This document shows, in pieces, positions 1 to 10,246 of a stretch of DNA of 64,000 nt. Numbering within the stretch: position 1 is the first letter of the stretch; the number at the start of each line of letters is the position of its first letter. The DNA is taken from assembly GCA_965199855.1 (NCBI GenBank), contig OZ241326.1:1152001-1216000 (forward strand), given 5' to 3'. The stretch comes from a bacterium (GTDB lineage: Bacteria; UBA8248). The notes below the pieces were generated by a model. It had not been told where the DNA came from and made no database searches. It saw only the letters and a program-made list of their open reading frames with translations. The position numbers were made by a program, and so were the translations under genes.

Positions 1-354
1 GACCTTCATGGCGGAGGCGCGTTCGAGCAGGACGGCCGCGCCTTCGCGCGGACGCATGGTGGGCTGGCGCTTTCTGCCCAGCCGCCTCGTGGCGCCGACC
101 AGCCAGCCGCAATCCTGCGACGCCTCGCGCAGGCTGGCGAAGTGCTCCGCTTCGGCCAGGAGCGGCTGCGCGCTCATGGCCATCGAGCGCGCCTCCACGC
201 TTTTGACGTCGCATCGGGGCGCGACGAGGCGCAGGGCCGATGCGCCGAAGTGCGACATGACGCGCGCGACGGCGCCCACGTTGCGCGCGCCCTTCGGGCG
301 CACGAGGATGACTGCGAAATCGGCGCGCTCTTCCGGGGAAACAGGCTCGTCCAT
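1..354 (-). CDS. trmJ: SPOUT RNA methyltransferase, TrmJ/LasT family (partial, runs off the window)
   Basis: Manual minus-strand translation from ATG 354: MDEPVSPEERADFAVILVRPKGARNVGAVARVMSHFGASALRLVAPRC...AMSAQPLL, matching the TrmJ/TrmH N-terminal motif. Confidence 0.8.
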   Translation of the reverse strand, partial: MDEPVSPEERADFAVILVRPKGARNVGAVARVMSHFGASALRLVAPRCDVKSVEARSMAMSAQPLLAEAEHFASLREASQDCGWLVGATRRLGRKRQPTMRPREGAAVLLERASAMKV

Positions 355-654
355 AGGCGCTGAAGTCAGGTCGCTTCCGAAAACGGGGAACTTTCGGTTC
401 TCTCGCGCGATGCGTCCCGGCCGGCAACGGACGGCTCCCGATCCGCCGCCTCCGCGCGGGCGCGCGCCTTCCCTTCTCATAGCATGAAGGAGGACGGTTG
501 TCATAAACGGAACCGGATTCTCTCGCCGACGAGGTTTGATTTTCGCGGGTCGGCGCTTCTCGCAAGCTTTTGAAGCCCCTTGACGGAAGAATTTCCGCCA
601 ATGCCGGGGCGGCGCGGTGTCATCCGCTTCGTTTTGGCGTAATATGGGCGCGCC

Positions 655-1047
655 ATGAATTCCGACATGACCCGAACGTTCGAGCGCGGAAACCTGCACG
701 ATCTGGCGGCCTTCCTCGTGACGCCCGCCCGTTCGGGCATCTTCCTCACGAGAAGCCGCATTCGCGGCCTGGCGCGGGAGATGGGGTTGCGCGCGGGCGT
801 TCAGAACCGCGCCAGAATGCTGGAAAACCTCTTTCGGGAGGCCGGGTCGGACGGTCGGGCGGGGGAGCTGCTCCAGCGGCTGGATGAGATCGCGGGCCAG
901 AGCCTCGCTCAATATCGCGCCTGGGCGAAGGCGTGCCCTCCCGCGAAAGGCGCATGGCGCGAGTGGTCGAAAAAAGCGCGCGCGCTCAGGCGCCACCTCG
1001 CGGAGGCGCGGAAGTGGGCGAGCGCCATGAAGGAGGACGCTCCCTAG
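655..1047 (+). CDS. hypothetical protein (130 aa)
   Basis: ATG ORF with natural composition filling the intergenic gap; no motif recognised. Confidence 0.6.
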   Translation: MNSDMTRTFERGNLHDLAAFLVTPARSGIFLTRSRIRGLAREMGLRAGVQNRARMLENLFREAGSDGRAGELLQRLDEIAGQSLAQYRAWAKACPPAKGAWREWSKKARALRRHLAEARKWASAMKEDAP

Positions 1048-1060
1048 AGGTGCTTCGGGT

Positions 1061-1744
1061 TCAGGGAGAATCATCCGGGGACGGGCGATGCCGCCGCCCG
1101 CGCGCCTTGAGCGCTCGGGCGATGTATTTTCTGTCCGAGAAGGCGAATTCGCGTATCCATCGGGCCAATTCCCGATACAGATGCGTTTCCGCGTCCTCTT
1201 CCACCCCCAGCGTATAAACGGGCATCCAGCGCATGAAATGCTCGTCCATGAACCGCGCGCTCAGGGAGAGCTTCTCCCGCGCGAGGCCGGGCCGCTCAGC
1301 CGTCCAGGCGTCCGCCTCCTCGTCGATGAGCTTGGCGAGAAACTCGAGCTCCACGCTCGCGTGATCCATCGCCAGCGCGCCGGGGTGGCCCAGCCCCGCG
1401 CTTCCTCGTCCGGGGTTGTAGCCGCACGCCCGGTAGAAGTCGGTGACGGCGTCGGTCGCCTTCGAGTTCAGATGCCCGCTTTCGTCCACCAGAGCGGCTT
1501 CGTAGGGGGGCGAGGAGAGGAGAAACAGGTTCGTGAAATCGACTCTGAGCCGCTTGATCGCCTCGTCCGTGACTTCAAAGCCTTCGGGGAGGAGGAACGG
1601 ATAATTCTCCTGGAGGAAGGCGGCGAGTTCGGCGTCGATCGGGTCGAGCAGCGTCCGCGCCTGCACCCGGTAGAGCTCGGCGCGGAGCCTCGCCTGCCCG
1701 GCGTATTCCGCGTGGGAGGGGCGGCGCTTCCAGGGGATGCTCAT
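1061..1744 (-). CDS. TorD/DmsD-family molybdoenzyme maturation chaperone
   Basis: Start MSIPWKRR overlaps the upstream stop (ATGA); PPYE and DHASVELEFL motifs; directly downstream of the Mo-enzyme gene. Confidence 0.85.
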   Translation of the reverse strand: MSIPWKRRPSHAEYAGQARLRAELYRVQARTLLDPIDAELAAFLQENYPFLLPEGFEVTDEAIKRLRVDFTNLFLLSSPPYEAALVDESGHLNSKATDAVTDFYRACGYNPGRGSAGLGHPGALAMDHASVELEFLAKLIDEEADAWTAERPGLAREKLSLSARFMDEHFMRWMPVYTLGVEEDAETHLYRELARWIREFAFSDRKYIARALKARGRRHRPSPDDSP

Positions 1745-4617
1745 TCGGCGATGGCGTAGGCCTCGGGCCGGGGCTTGTTGGGCCGGGCGAACCAGAGCGG
1801 GCGGCGAAGGTTGTCGGGCCCGGGCGCCGGCTTCGTCATCTCGAGCCATTTCCTGTAGTGCTCGAAGCTCTTCCTGGTGTCCACGCTGATGTCGCCGTAG
1901 CGATCCGAAGCCCCCGCCTTCGTGACCTTCACCTTCTGGTGCCAGCAGTGCATTCCGCTCACCGGGTCGGGGTTGACCGGGAAGGTGAGGTTCTGGTTCA
2001 CGCCCACCTCGCGCCACCAGATGCGCTCCGTGTCGGGGTCGTCGCTCTTGAAGGGCTGGACGCCGTGAATCTGGCGCATGGCGTATTCCCCCTCGCCTTT
2101 CTCCTCCAGGCGCACGACGGCGGAGGCGATCCTGGGCGCGCCCTGCTCCTCGCTCAGCCGCCAGCGCCCGAGGTGGTGCGCCATGGCGACGATGCCGGGC
2201 CGCACGCCTTCCGTCACCCAGCATCTCGTGACGAAGTGGCCTATCGCGGTTTCGACCCTCGCGAGGTCGCCCGTGCGCAGTCCGAGGCGGCGGGCGTCGT
2301 CGGTGTGCATCCAGAGCGGGTTGTTGTGGGTGATCTCATAAAGCCACTTCACGGCCGAGCGCGTATGGATGAGGGTGGCCAGGCGGTAGTTGGGCAGCAG
2401 GTCGAATTCGTTTTCCTCTTTTTTCATGTCGCGCCAGTAGACGTGTGTCTTCATGTATTTGGGTATCGCCGCGTCGCCCCAGTTCCAGGCCGCCATGGTC
2501 GGGCTGTAGAACTCGAGTTTCTTCGAGGGCGTGGGGAAGCCCGCCCTCGGCCTGCCCCGGCTCATGCTGCCGATGACGGCGCCGTCCTTGCGGATGGCGC
2601 CCGTCCGCTCGTCCGTTTCGGCGCCGCTCGCCGCCTCCTCGGAGAGCTCCCGCATGTGGGGTTCATACACGTTTTCCTGCACCGCGAAGACGCCGTATTT
2701 TCGCATGTATTCGAGCGGCGTCAGCCCCTCCTTCTCGGCCGCTTCGGGAAGCCCGGGGACGCCGTTCTCGAACATCCACCGGTAGTATTCGTTGACCGTG
2801 ATCTTCTCGCCCGGCCGGTAGGGGCTCTCGAAATACCGTCGGATGCCGAGCGAGCCGTCCGGGTCGATCCGCCAGGAGAGTTCGATGTGGAGTTCATCCT
2901 CTTCCCACACCTCGCCGGGGTTCGCCTCGCGCGAGCTCTCGAAGGTCTCGCCCATTCTTTCGCGCAACGCCCTCAGCACGGGCTGGCGGAAGCCCACCCA
3001 TTTCGTGGGGTGCGTCTCCTGGCTCTGGTTGTCGTGGCGCTCCGTGGCGTTGCCCATGGGCAGAATGTAGTCCGCGAACCACGCCGTCTCGCTCCAGGTG
3101 GGGGTGAGTGCCACGTGGCAGCCTATCTTCTCGTGATCCTTGAGCATGTCCACCCACATGAAGCCGTCCGGATTCGTCCACACCGGGTTGTAGACCCGCG
3201 TGAAGTAGACGTCGACGCGGTGGCCCTTGTCCTTGATGAGATGGGGCATCAGGAAGCTCATCTCGAAGAAGGCGAGGGGGTATTCCTTCGGGAAGAGGAG
3301 TTCATTCCACTCCTTGGGACCCGGGGCGGGGTTGGGGTGCTTCGGCACGAATTTGTGTGTGCTCGCCAGATGGGTTCCGCCCACGGTGCCCACCGCGCCC
3401 GTCAGCGACGGCAGAAAATGGAGGCAGCGCGCCACCTGCCAGCCGTGCAGGTTTCCGGTGGCCGCCGCGCGCCAGACGTGGACGCAAAGACGGCTTCCCG
3501 CGCGGGCGACGACCTGGGCGACCTCCGCGATGAGGTCGGCGGAGACGCCCGTCTCCTCCGCCGCGTAGGCGAAGGTGAATTCCGCGTATTCCTCCTTGAG
3601 CTTCTTGATGAAGTTCTCGAAGCTCGCCTCCTCGCCGGGATGAACGGCCTCCATGTATTCGGCCCAGTTCATCCATTCGCGGACGAACTCCGCGTCGAAC
3701 TGTCCCGTCTCCAGCAGATGGCGCGCGACGGCCAGCAGAATCGCGCTCTCCGTTCCGCTGTATGCGGGCAGCCAGTAGTCGGCCTTCGCCGCCGTGTTGG
3801 AGAGCCTGGGGTCGATGACGATGAGCTTCGCCCCGCTCGTCTGCGCCTCGATGATGCGCTGGGCCGAGGGGTTGTAGTAGTGGCCGGTGTCCAGGTGGCT
3901 GCTGATCAGCAGGATGGCGTCGGCGTTGGTGAAGTCGGGCGAGGGCCTGTCCGACCCGTTCCACAGGAACTGTCCGATGCGCGCCGAGGAGCTGCACACG
4001 TTCGTGTGGCTGTTGTGGCCGTCCACGCCCCAGCCGGCGAGCGTCCTGAACATGTAGCCGTCTTCGCCGGGGCGTCCGACGTGGTAGATGACTCCGTTGC
4101 GCCGCTCGGCCAGAATCGCCTCCCGGATGCGTCCGGCGATGTCGTCGAGCGCCTCGTCCCAGCTCACGCGCTCCCATTTGCCCTCGCCGCGCTCTCCCGC
4201 CCGCTTGAGGGGGTAGAAGATGCGGTCGGGGTCATAGACCTGGTTGAGCGTCACCCATCCCTTCGCGCAGTTGCGCCCGCGCGAGGCGGGGTGGAGCGGA
4301 TTCCCCTCGATTTTGCGAATCTTCATGTCGTCTTTGTCGACGTAGGCGAGAAGCCCGCATCCCGCTTCGCAGTTGAAGCAAAGCGTCGGAACCAGCGCGT
4401 AGTTTCTCGCCGCCTTGCGCGGCCATTTCGCGCTCTCGTATTCCGTCCAGTCGTCCCATCTGTCCGGGGTCGGGTAGGAGGCGAGCGCGCCGTTCACGTT
4501 CGTGTAGTTCAGCTGGCCCGCGGGAGCCGGGGGCGGCGCCTTGGTCAGCAGATCGGGACGGCCCAGAGAGGCGATGTCGCGCGCGCCCTTGCCGACCTGG
4601 AGATGGCTTGTGCTCAT
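1741..4617 (-). CDS. Molybdopterin (bis-MGD) oxidoreductase catalytic subunit, DMSO reductase family
   Basis: CFNCEAGC...GRNCAKG [4Fe-4S] motif, RAGERGEGKWERVSWDEALD, HTNVCS, C-terminal MGD-binding domain. Confidence 0.92.
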   Translation of the reverse strand: MSTSHLQVGKGARDIASLGRPDLLTKAPPPAPAGQLNYTNVNGALASYPTPDRWDDWTEYESAKWPRKAARNYALVPTLCFNCEAGCGLLAYVDKDDMKIRKIEGNPLHPASRGRNCAKGWVTLNQVYDPDRIFYPLKRAGERGEGKWERVSWDEALDDIAGRIREAILAERRNGVIYHVGRPGEDGYMFRTLAGWGVDGHNSHTNVCSSSARIGQFLWNGSDRPSPDFTNADAILLISSHLDTGHYYNPSAQRIIEAQTSGAKLIVIDPRLSNTAAKADYWLPAYSGTESAILLAVARHLLETGQFDAEFVREWMNWAEYMEAVHPGEEASFENFIKKLKEEYAEFTFAYAAEETGVSADLIAEVAQVVARAGSRLCVHVWRAAATGNLHGWQVARCLHFLPSLTGAVGTVGGTHLASTHKFVPKHPNPAPGPKEWNELLFPKEYPLAFFEMSFLMPHLIKDKGHRVDVYFTRVYNPVWTNPDGFMWVDMLKDHEKIGCHVALTPTWSETAWFADYILPMGNATERHDNQSQETHPTKWVGFRQPVLRALRERMGETFESSREANPGEVWEEDELHIELSWRIDPDGSLGIRRYFESPYRPGEKITVNEYYRWMFENGVPGLPEAAEKEGLTPLEYMRKYGVFAVQENVYEPHMRELSEEAASGAETDERTGAIRKDGAVIGSMSRGRPRAGFPTPSKKLEFYSPTMAAWNWGDAAIPKYMKTHVYWRDMKKEENEFDLLPNYRLATLIHTRSAVKWLYEITHNNPLWMHTDDARRLGLRTGDLARVETAIGHFVTRCWVTEGVRPGIVAMAHHLGRWRLSEEQGAPRIASAVVRLEEKGEGEYAMRQIHGVQPFKSDDPDTERIWWREVGVNQNLTFPVNPDPVSGMHCWHQKVKVTKAGASDRYGDISVDTRKSFEHYRKWLEMTKPAPGPDNLRRPLWFARPNKPRPEAYAIAE

Positions 4618-4635
4618 GCTCTCGAAGCTCCTGAA

Positions 4636-6156
4636 TTATGAAAGGGGGACGGCCTGTCCGGCCTTGACCCAGATTTTGTCCCACAGATAGGCGCCGGCCG
4701 CCGCGAGAACGCCCGCCAGTGCCGCGCTGAAGCCGCCGAACCCTCCCGCCCAGAGCAGGGCGAGGGGGAGAAGGCAGCCCACGAGAATCGCCCCGCCCCA
4801 GAAGTCGTTCTTGAAAGGCCCGCTCCTCAGCAGATGAACAGCCCGTTCGTGGGCGACGGAGCCGAAGCGGTGCGCCAGCGTCGAGAAGACGAGGATGCAC
4901 AGGTGCAGCAGGATGAGAACGGCGAGCGCCCCGCCCAGAACGCTCAGGACGGCGGCCTGATCCTCAATGGGGAAGAGCGTGGCGAAAAGAATCAGGATGG
5001 CCGCCCCCTTCAGACCCGACTGCACGCCGATGTCGAGGGTGTTCTCGCTTCCCTTCCACAGGTCGCGCGCCGAAGCCTGGGCGAAGAAAAAGCCCGTGTA
5101 TATCGAAGCGAGCGCGCCCAGGATGATCGTGGGCCAGAGGATGAGGCCCAGAAAACCCTCCGCCCCCGCCAGGGCGCCCAGCGCCCAAAGGAGGGTGAAG
5201 AGGCCGTCCAGCGCGATGAACCACGTGCCCCAGGCCATCCAGCTGCCCCAGTTCGAGCGCAGGAGGATGTAGTAGAACCGCTCGGGCCGCTTCAGGTCGG
5301 CGATGAGCACGGCGCCCGTGACGGCGAGCAGGACTCCGCTCAGGGCGGGCATCCAGAAGGAGAGCATGGAGCTTCGGAAGCCGAACGCCCACAGAAGAAG
5401 GCTGATGACGAGAAGCCCCGTGCTCGCGCCCTTGGCCATCAGGTAGGCGATGATTTTCGACTCCCAGGGGGCCTGGTGGAAAGTGTCGTATACGGCGCGG
5501 CTCTCCCCCGGCTTGTTCTCCCACTCGGGCGCCGCGTCTTCTTTCTGCAGATCCATCTCGCCCTGCTTGTAGATGCCAGACTGGCTCGCCGCCGTGGGGT
5601 CGAGGAGCTGGCGGCTGCCCTCCAGATAGTAGATGTTGGGCGCCGTGTTGTATTCCGGCTTTCTCACGTGATGGGGACGCTGCGTGGTGAGCCTGGCGAT
5701 TTTGGAGTCCGTGTCCTCCACGTCGCCGAAAACGCGGCACTGCGTGGGGCAGACCACCACGCAGGCGGGCTCCAGGCCCACCTCGAGGCGGTTCGCGCAG
5801 AAATTGCACTTCTCGGCGGTCATCGTGTCGGGGTCGATGAAGAGCTGATCGTAGGGACAGGCCGCGATGCAGGACTTGCAGCCGATGCACCACTCCGTGT
5901 CGAGGTCCACGATGCCGTCCCTGCGTCTGAAAAGGGCCTTGGTCGGGCAAATGTTCTGGCACGGCGCGTCGTCGCACTGGTTGCACAGGACGGGGAGGAA
6001 CTCCCGCCTCGTGTTCGGAAAGACGCCTTTCTCGACTTCCTTCACCCAGCAGCGCCAGACGCCGATGGGAATGTCATGTTCCGATTTGCACGCGATTGTG
6101 CAAGCATGACACCCGATGCAGGATTCGAGGTCGATCGCCATGGCGTATTTTGGCAT
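4636..6156 (-). CDS. 4Fe-4S electron-transfer subunit (NrfC/DmsB-like) fused to an NrfD/PsrC-type membrane anchor
   Basis: MPKYAMAIDLESCIGCHAC; four Cys clusters, then a hydrophobic domain with LIADLKRPERF and SWMAWG. Confidence 0.9.
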   Translation of the reverse strand: MPKYAMAIDLESCIGCHACTIACKSEHDIPIGVWRCWVKEVEKGVFPNTRREFLPVLCNQCDDAPCQNICPTKALFRRRDGIVDLDTEWCIGCKSCIAACPYDQLFIDPDTMTAEKCNFCANRLEVGLEPACVVVCPTQCRVFGDVEDTDSKIARLTTQRPHHVRKPEYNTAPNIYYLEGSRQLLDPTAASQSGIYKQGEMDLQKEDAAPEWENKPGESRAVYDTFHQAPWESKIIAYLMAKGASTGLLVISLLLWAFGFRSSMLSFWMPALSGVLLAVTGAVLIADLKRPERFYYILLRSNWGSWMAWGTWFIALDGLFTLLWALGALAGAEGFLGLILWPTIILGALASIYTGFFFAQASARDLWKGSENTLDIGVQSGLKGAAILILFATLFPIEDQAAVLSVLGGALAVLILLHLCILVFSTLAHRFGSVAHERAVHLLRSGPFKNDFWGGAILVGCLLPLALLWAGGFGGFSAALAGVLAAAGAYLWDKIWVKAGQAVPLS

Positions 6157-6308
6157 CGAAAATCCCCGTTCGTGATGAAGCGCGTCTCTCGCGGCGTGGC
6201 TTTGGAGTCTCATTAGTAGAGGTTTGCGGCTCGCGTGTCAATTCGGGCGGGGCGATGCCGGCTTTTCCGCTTTCCGGGCCGCCTCGACAGCCGGAGGAAG
6301 CCGAACCG

Positions 6309-6938
6309 ATGAGGCGAAGCCCCGAGAAGCCGAAGCTCGCGCGTCTGGCGAGGAGCCTCACGCTCCTGCGGCTGCCGGCGACGCTTCTGTTCGCGTGGGC
6401 TTCGCTTCGCCTCGAATCCGCTCCTGCCCCGGGGTGGCGGGCTCTGCTCATCGCCAGCTACGCATACGCCGTCCTGAGCGACCTCCTGGACGGCCCGCTG
6501 GCGCGGCGCGCCGGCGCGAGAAGCTACCTCTGGGGACAGGTGGACGCCTTCTCCGACATCGCCTTCAACGCGGTCGCGCTCGCAGCGGCCGCCTGGGCGG
6601 GGCGGCTCGGCCCTTGGGCGCCCCTGGGCGTCCTGGCGCTGGGCGCGCGGTTTCTGTGGCGCTGCCGGAGCGAGCGAGCGGGCGGATCGCCGCCCGATGG
6701 CTCCTTGCCCGAAGATGCGGCGGGCAGGCGGGCGGGGGTCTTTTTTTACGTTCTGACGGGCGTCGTCGTCTTCGATATGGCCTTCCCGCTCGCCTGGCTG
6801 GAAGCCGTTCTTCCCCGGCTCGGCGAGCTGGCTTTTCTCTACGCCCTGTATGCGCTGCTTCGGGGCCGGCTCGCCCCTCGGCGGCGCGTCAGCCGGCCCG
6901 CTTCCCGCCGAACAAATCCGAATACGCCTTCGGGATGA
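6309..6938 (+). CDS. CDP-alcohol phosphatidyltransferase family protein
   Basis: SDLLDGPLARR...WGQVDAFSD matches the DxxDGxxAR...GxxxDxxxD signature. Confidence 0.8.
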   Translation: MRRSPEKPKLARLARSLTLLRLPATLLFAWASLRLESAPAPGWRALLIASYAYAVLSDLLDGPLARRAGARSYLWGQVDAFSDIAFNAVALAAAAWAGRLGPWAPLGVLALGARFLWRCRSERAGGSPPDGSLPEDAAGRRAGVFFYVLTGVVVFDMAFPLAWLEAVLPRLGELAFLYALYALLRGRLAPRRRVSRPASRRTNPNTPSG

Positions 6939-7830
6939 ACAGCAGGCCGATGGTTCCGTTCGCCAGCATGAAGGTGAGATGCGAGACGAGGCTGTAGGCG
7001 AGGAGGTCCGCCTCCGGCGCGTAGTCCTTGAAGAAGAATATCCACGCCGCCTGGGAGGTGCCCAAGTGCGCCACGGTCACCGGCAGGGCGCCTATCATGA
7101 ATACGAGCGGAAGAAACGTCAGGAGCCGCAGGGTCGGAATCTCCATGCCGAAGAGCGTCAGGGCGTATTTGTGCACGAACAGAGAGAGCAGGAACACCGC
7201 GCCCTTGAGCGCGAGGATGGCGAGTCCCTGCTTGAGGCGGATGGCGCGAAAGGTGTTCAGCAGGGTGTGGCTTCCGATTTTCTCTCCGATGACGCCCAGC
7301 CCGCCGCGCGCCGCCCGGGTGATGAGAAGCCAGAAGCAGGCGAGCCCTATGGGCAGGGCGAGCAGGACGGGAGGCGCGCCGCCCGGAAAGAAGACGAGGC
7401 CGATGGAGGCGAACGAGATGAGATTCGTGACCTCCAGGAGAATGAGCATGGCGACCGTGCCGGTGATTTGGGCGAGCGGGGTCTGGAACCTGCGGTGAAA
7501 ATAGAGGGCGAGCGCCACCTGGGCCAGCTGGGTGTTGATGATGGAGACGACGTAGGTGACGGCGCGAACGGGCAGCAGGGTCGGGAAGCTCAGGGATCCG
7601 TGAAACCAGCGAATCATCCTGCTCAGGACGAAGGTGTCCATCAGGAAAAAGCAGATCGAAAAGGACGCCATCAGCGCGAGAAAGGGCAGGAGCCTCGCCT
7701 TCGAGAGGGCGGCGAGGAATTCGCCGAAGGGAATCCGCCAGAAGATGACGAGGAATATCGCCGCGGTCAGCGCGATGGGAACGATCCGCCTGGCCCAGCC
7801 TGATGGATGCGGAACCTGGTTTTGCTCCAA
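6889..7830 (-). CDS. Lysylphosphatidylglycerol synthase TM / flippase-like (UPF0104) membrane protein
   Basis: Multi-TM protein with LPVTVAHLGTSQAA near the C-terminus. Confidence 0.7.
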   Translation of the reverse strand: MEQNQVPHPSGWARRIVPIALTAAIFLVIFWRIPFGEFLAALSKARLLPFLALMASFSICFFLMDTFVLSRMIRWFHGSLSFPTLLPVRAVTYVVSIINTQLAQVALALYFHRRFQTPLAQITGTVAMLILLEVTNLISFASIGLVFFPGGAPPVLLALPIGLACFWLLITRAARGGLGVIGEKIGSHTLLNTFRAIRLKQGLAILALKGAVFLLSLFVHKYALTLFGMEIPTLRLLTFLPLVFMIGALPVTVAHLGTSQAAWIFFFKDYAPEADLLAYSLVSHLTFMLANGTIGLLFIPKAYSDLFGGKRAG

Positions 7831-7843
7831 AGTGAAGCCTCCG

Positions 7844-8764
7844 TTATTCGGGATTCGGCAGCGAGAGGCTCAGGGCTTCGTCAACGCCGGTGCGCGGGAT
7901 GGACATAGCGCTCCGGGCCTCGTCATCCTCGCGGAGATGCTCGTAGAAGATGATGTCGAACACGTCGCGGGCCGTGGCGAAGGCGGGAGAGAACAGGGCG
8001 AGAACGCTCAGGCAGGCTCTTGCCGGCCCTCTGGGAATCGGCAGGATTCGGGGCCGTTTTCCCAGTTTTTCGCCTGCGCGCCTCAGGAGTTCGGCGTAGG
8101 GGAGGGCGTCCGGCCCGACGAGGTTCACGGGCCTGAGCGGGGCTTCGGGGTGAAGAAGCGCCCATTCAACCGCGCCCAGAACGTCGCCCTCGTAGATGGG
8201 CTGAATGCGAACCGCTCCTCCCGCGATGAGGGGCGCCGTCGGGGAGCGCAGCAGTTTTTTGAGCTGGTTCATGGCCGGGGCGTCGGGCCCCAGTATCATG
8301 GGAACGCGAAAAATGGCGCCGCGCCGAAAATGTTCCCGAATCAATTCCTCCGCCTGCCCTTTCGCGCGCAGATATTCGTTTTTCGACCCCGGATCCGCCC
8401 CCGGAAAGCTGAGATAGACGAATGAATCGACGCCGCGGGCGAGGCTCGCCTTGACGACGCTTCGCGTGGCGAGCAGGTTCGATTGCAGGAGGGAGTCGCC
8501 CGCTCTGGGCCGGAGGGAACCGGCCAGGTGGGCGACGCATTGCGCGCCCTCCAGGGCGCGTTCGAGGCTTTCGGGGTCGTCGTAGTTCACCTCCACCAGT
8601 TCGGCGGCCAGGCCGCGGAGGCTCCCGGCCCTGCCCAAGTCGCGGACCAGCGCCCGCGCGCGCGTCGGCTTGACGGTGCTTCCCCTGCCGAGGCGCTCAA
8701 TGAGCGCTTTGCCGACGGCGCCGTTCGCGCCTGTGATGGCGATGTCGATGGATGCCGCTCCCAT
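7844..8764 (-). CDS. NAD-dependent epimerase/dehydratase (NDUFA9-like atypical SDR)
   Basis: ITGANGAVG Rossmann motif, YLRAK, IQPIYEGDV. Confidence 0.8.
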   Translation of the reverse strand: MGAASIDIAITGANGAVGKALIERLGRGSTVKPTRARALVRDLGRAGSLRGLAAELVEVNYDDPESLERALEGAQCVAHLAGSLRPRAGDSLLQSNLLATRSVVKASLARGVDSFVYLSFPGADPGSKNEYLRAKGQAEELIREHFRRGAIFRVPMILGPDAPAMNQLKKLLRSPTAPLIAGGAVRIQPIYEGDVLGAVEWALLHPEAPLRPVNLVGPDALPYAELLRRAGEKLGKRPRILPIPRGPARACLSVLALFSPAFATARDVFDIIFYEHLREDDEARSAMSIPRTGVDEALSLSLPNPE

Positions 8765-8834
8765 GGTATCGAAGGAGACGCGCGCAACAGTCCCTCAGAA
8801 GCGCTTTTCGAGAGGCGGCGAGGGGCGCGGCGGC

Positions 8835-10067
8835 CTACGCCAGCATCCTGTGGGTCGGCGCCGTCATCTTCTCGATGGGCAGCCCGTGCGTGCAGGCGCC
8901 GGCGCAGCTTTGGTGCGCGCAGGCGAGGCACGCGGACGCGCCCGCGCCCAGGAGCGCGTATTCGGCCCTGGCGAAGGTCACGTCCTCATAGTCCTTCGCG
9001 TACATGCGGGTGCGGAGCACGTCCGCGATGGGGACGTTCTGCGGGCATGCGCCCTCGCAGTCGTTGCAGGCGTGGCGGCAGTAGGACGCGCCGTTGAGCC
9101 GCGCGTATTTTCGGAGAATCGGCAAATCGCGGCGCGACGCCTTCTGCCAGCCGGAGCCGCCCAGGAACTCGTCGATTCTCTCCTTGCTGGTCATCGAAAT
9201 GATGAGAGAGTCCACGTTCGGGTTCGAGAGCGTCCAGCGGAAGGCCGCCTGCGAATACGTGGCGCTCCCCTGCTCGTAGGGCCGCATGTCGTTGAGGCGC
9301 GCGCCCATGAGCGTCTTCATGGCGACGACGCCGATGCCCTTCGCCTTCGCCCGCTTGAGGGTCTGGGGCAGCTTGGGGAATCTGGCGATGAAGTCGAAGC
9401 CGCGCGTGAACTTCTGGTAGAAGGCCGGGTCCTGGCCGAAGTTGTAGGCCACGAGGAACACGTCCACGGCGCTCTCGTCGATGCAGTAGTCCAGGCACTC
9501 GATGAGGTTTCCCGCGTGGCCCGACATGCCGGAGTAGCGGATTTTCCCCTGCTTCTTCGCCAGCGCCACGAACTCGCGCCACCCTGGGTTCTTCATCCTC
9601 TCCACGTCGTTCACCGCGTGGTTGAAATAGACGTCCACGTAGTCCGTCCTGAGTCTTCGCAGGCTCGCCTCGAGCGAGCGCATCATCGACTCCCCGGAGT
9701 CCCTCGCCCCCGTGTGCGTCTTGGAGGTGAGATAGACCTTTTGGCGCTTTCCCCTGAGCGCGTTGCCTATGGCGATCTCGGAGTCTCCGCCGGTGTAGCT
9801 CTCGGCGGTGTCGAAGTAGTTGATCCCCAGGTCGAGGGCGTGATGAACCAGCTCCTCCTCGCCGGCGCCCAGCCGGCTGCCGCCGAACGAGATGTCCGAC
9901 ATCCTGATGTCCGTTTTTCCCAGGGCGACGTAGCGGCGAACGCGGTTTTGGGCCGCCGCGACGTCCGGAACGGCCTGCGCGAGGGGCAGAAGCCCGACGC
10001 CGAGGCCCGCGGCGGCGCTTTTTTTCAGGAAATCGCGTCTCGGCAGGAACTCCGGGTTCGCGGTCAT
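8835..10067 (-). CDS. Tat-exported aldo/keto reductase with C-terminal Fe-S domain
   Basis: RRDFLK twin-arginine leader, GINYFDTAESY, LRRLRTDYVD, CRHACNDCEGACP. Confidence 0.85.
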   Translation of the reverse strand: MTANPEFLPRRDFLKKSAAAGLGVGLLPLAQAVPDVAAAQNRVRRYVALGKTDIRMSDISFGGSRLGAGEEELVHHALDLGINYFDTAESYTGGDSEIAIGNALRGKRQKVYLTSKTHTGARDSGESMMRSLEASLRRLRTDYVDVYFNHAVNDVERMKNPGWREFVALAKKQGKIRYSGMSGHAGNLIECLDYCIDESAVDVFLVAYNFGQDPAFYQKFTRGFDFIARFPKLPQTLKRAKAKGIGVVAMKTLMGARLNDMRPYEQGSATYSQAAFRWTLSNPNVDSLIISMTSKERIDEFLGGSGWQKASRRDLPILRKYARLNGASYCRHACNDCEGACPQNVPIADVLRTRMYAKDYEDVTFARAEYALLGAGASACLACAHQSCAGACTHGLPIEKMTAPTHRMLA

Positions 10068-10246
10068 CTTCGTTCTCCGGGAGAGAGGAAGGCGGCGACG
10101 CCGCCATCTCACCGCATTTTCGCTTCCGGGTCAATCTGCGAAATTCGTCCGCTCGTCATCATCCCTCGCTCTTTACGCTGTCAAGCGCCGGCCGCCGGGA
10201 TATTCTCCGCTTTTTCGGCTCCGGGTCGTGAGATGAACTTCTCGCG

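Noticed and set aside
1858-4641. 927-aa plus-strand ORF, and similar long antisense ORFs (12464-15328, 29838-33908, 35899-38649, 62137-63981)
   Set aside because: Antisense shadows of real genes, typical of high-GC DNA
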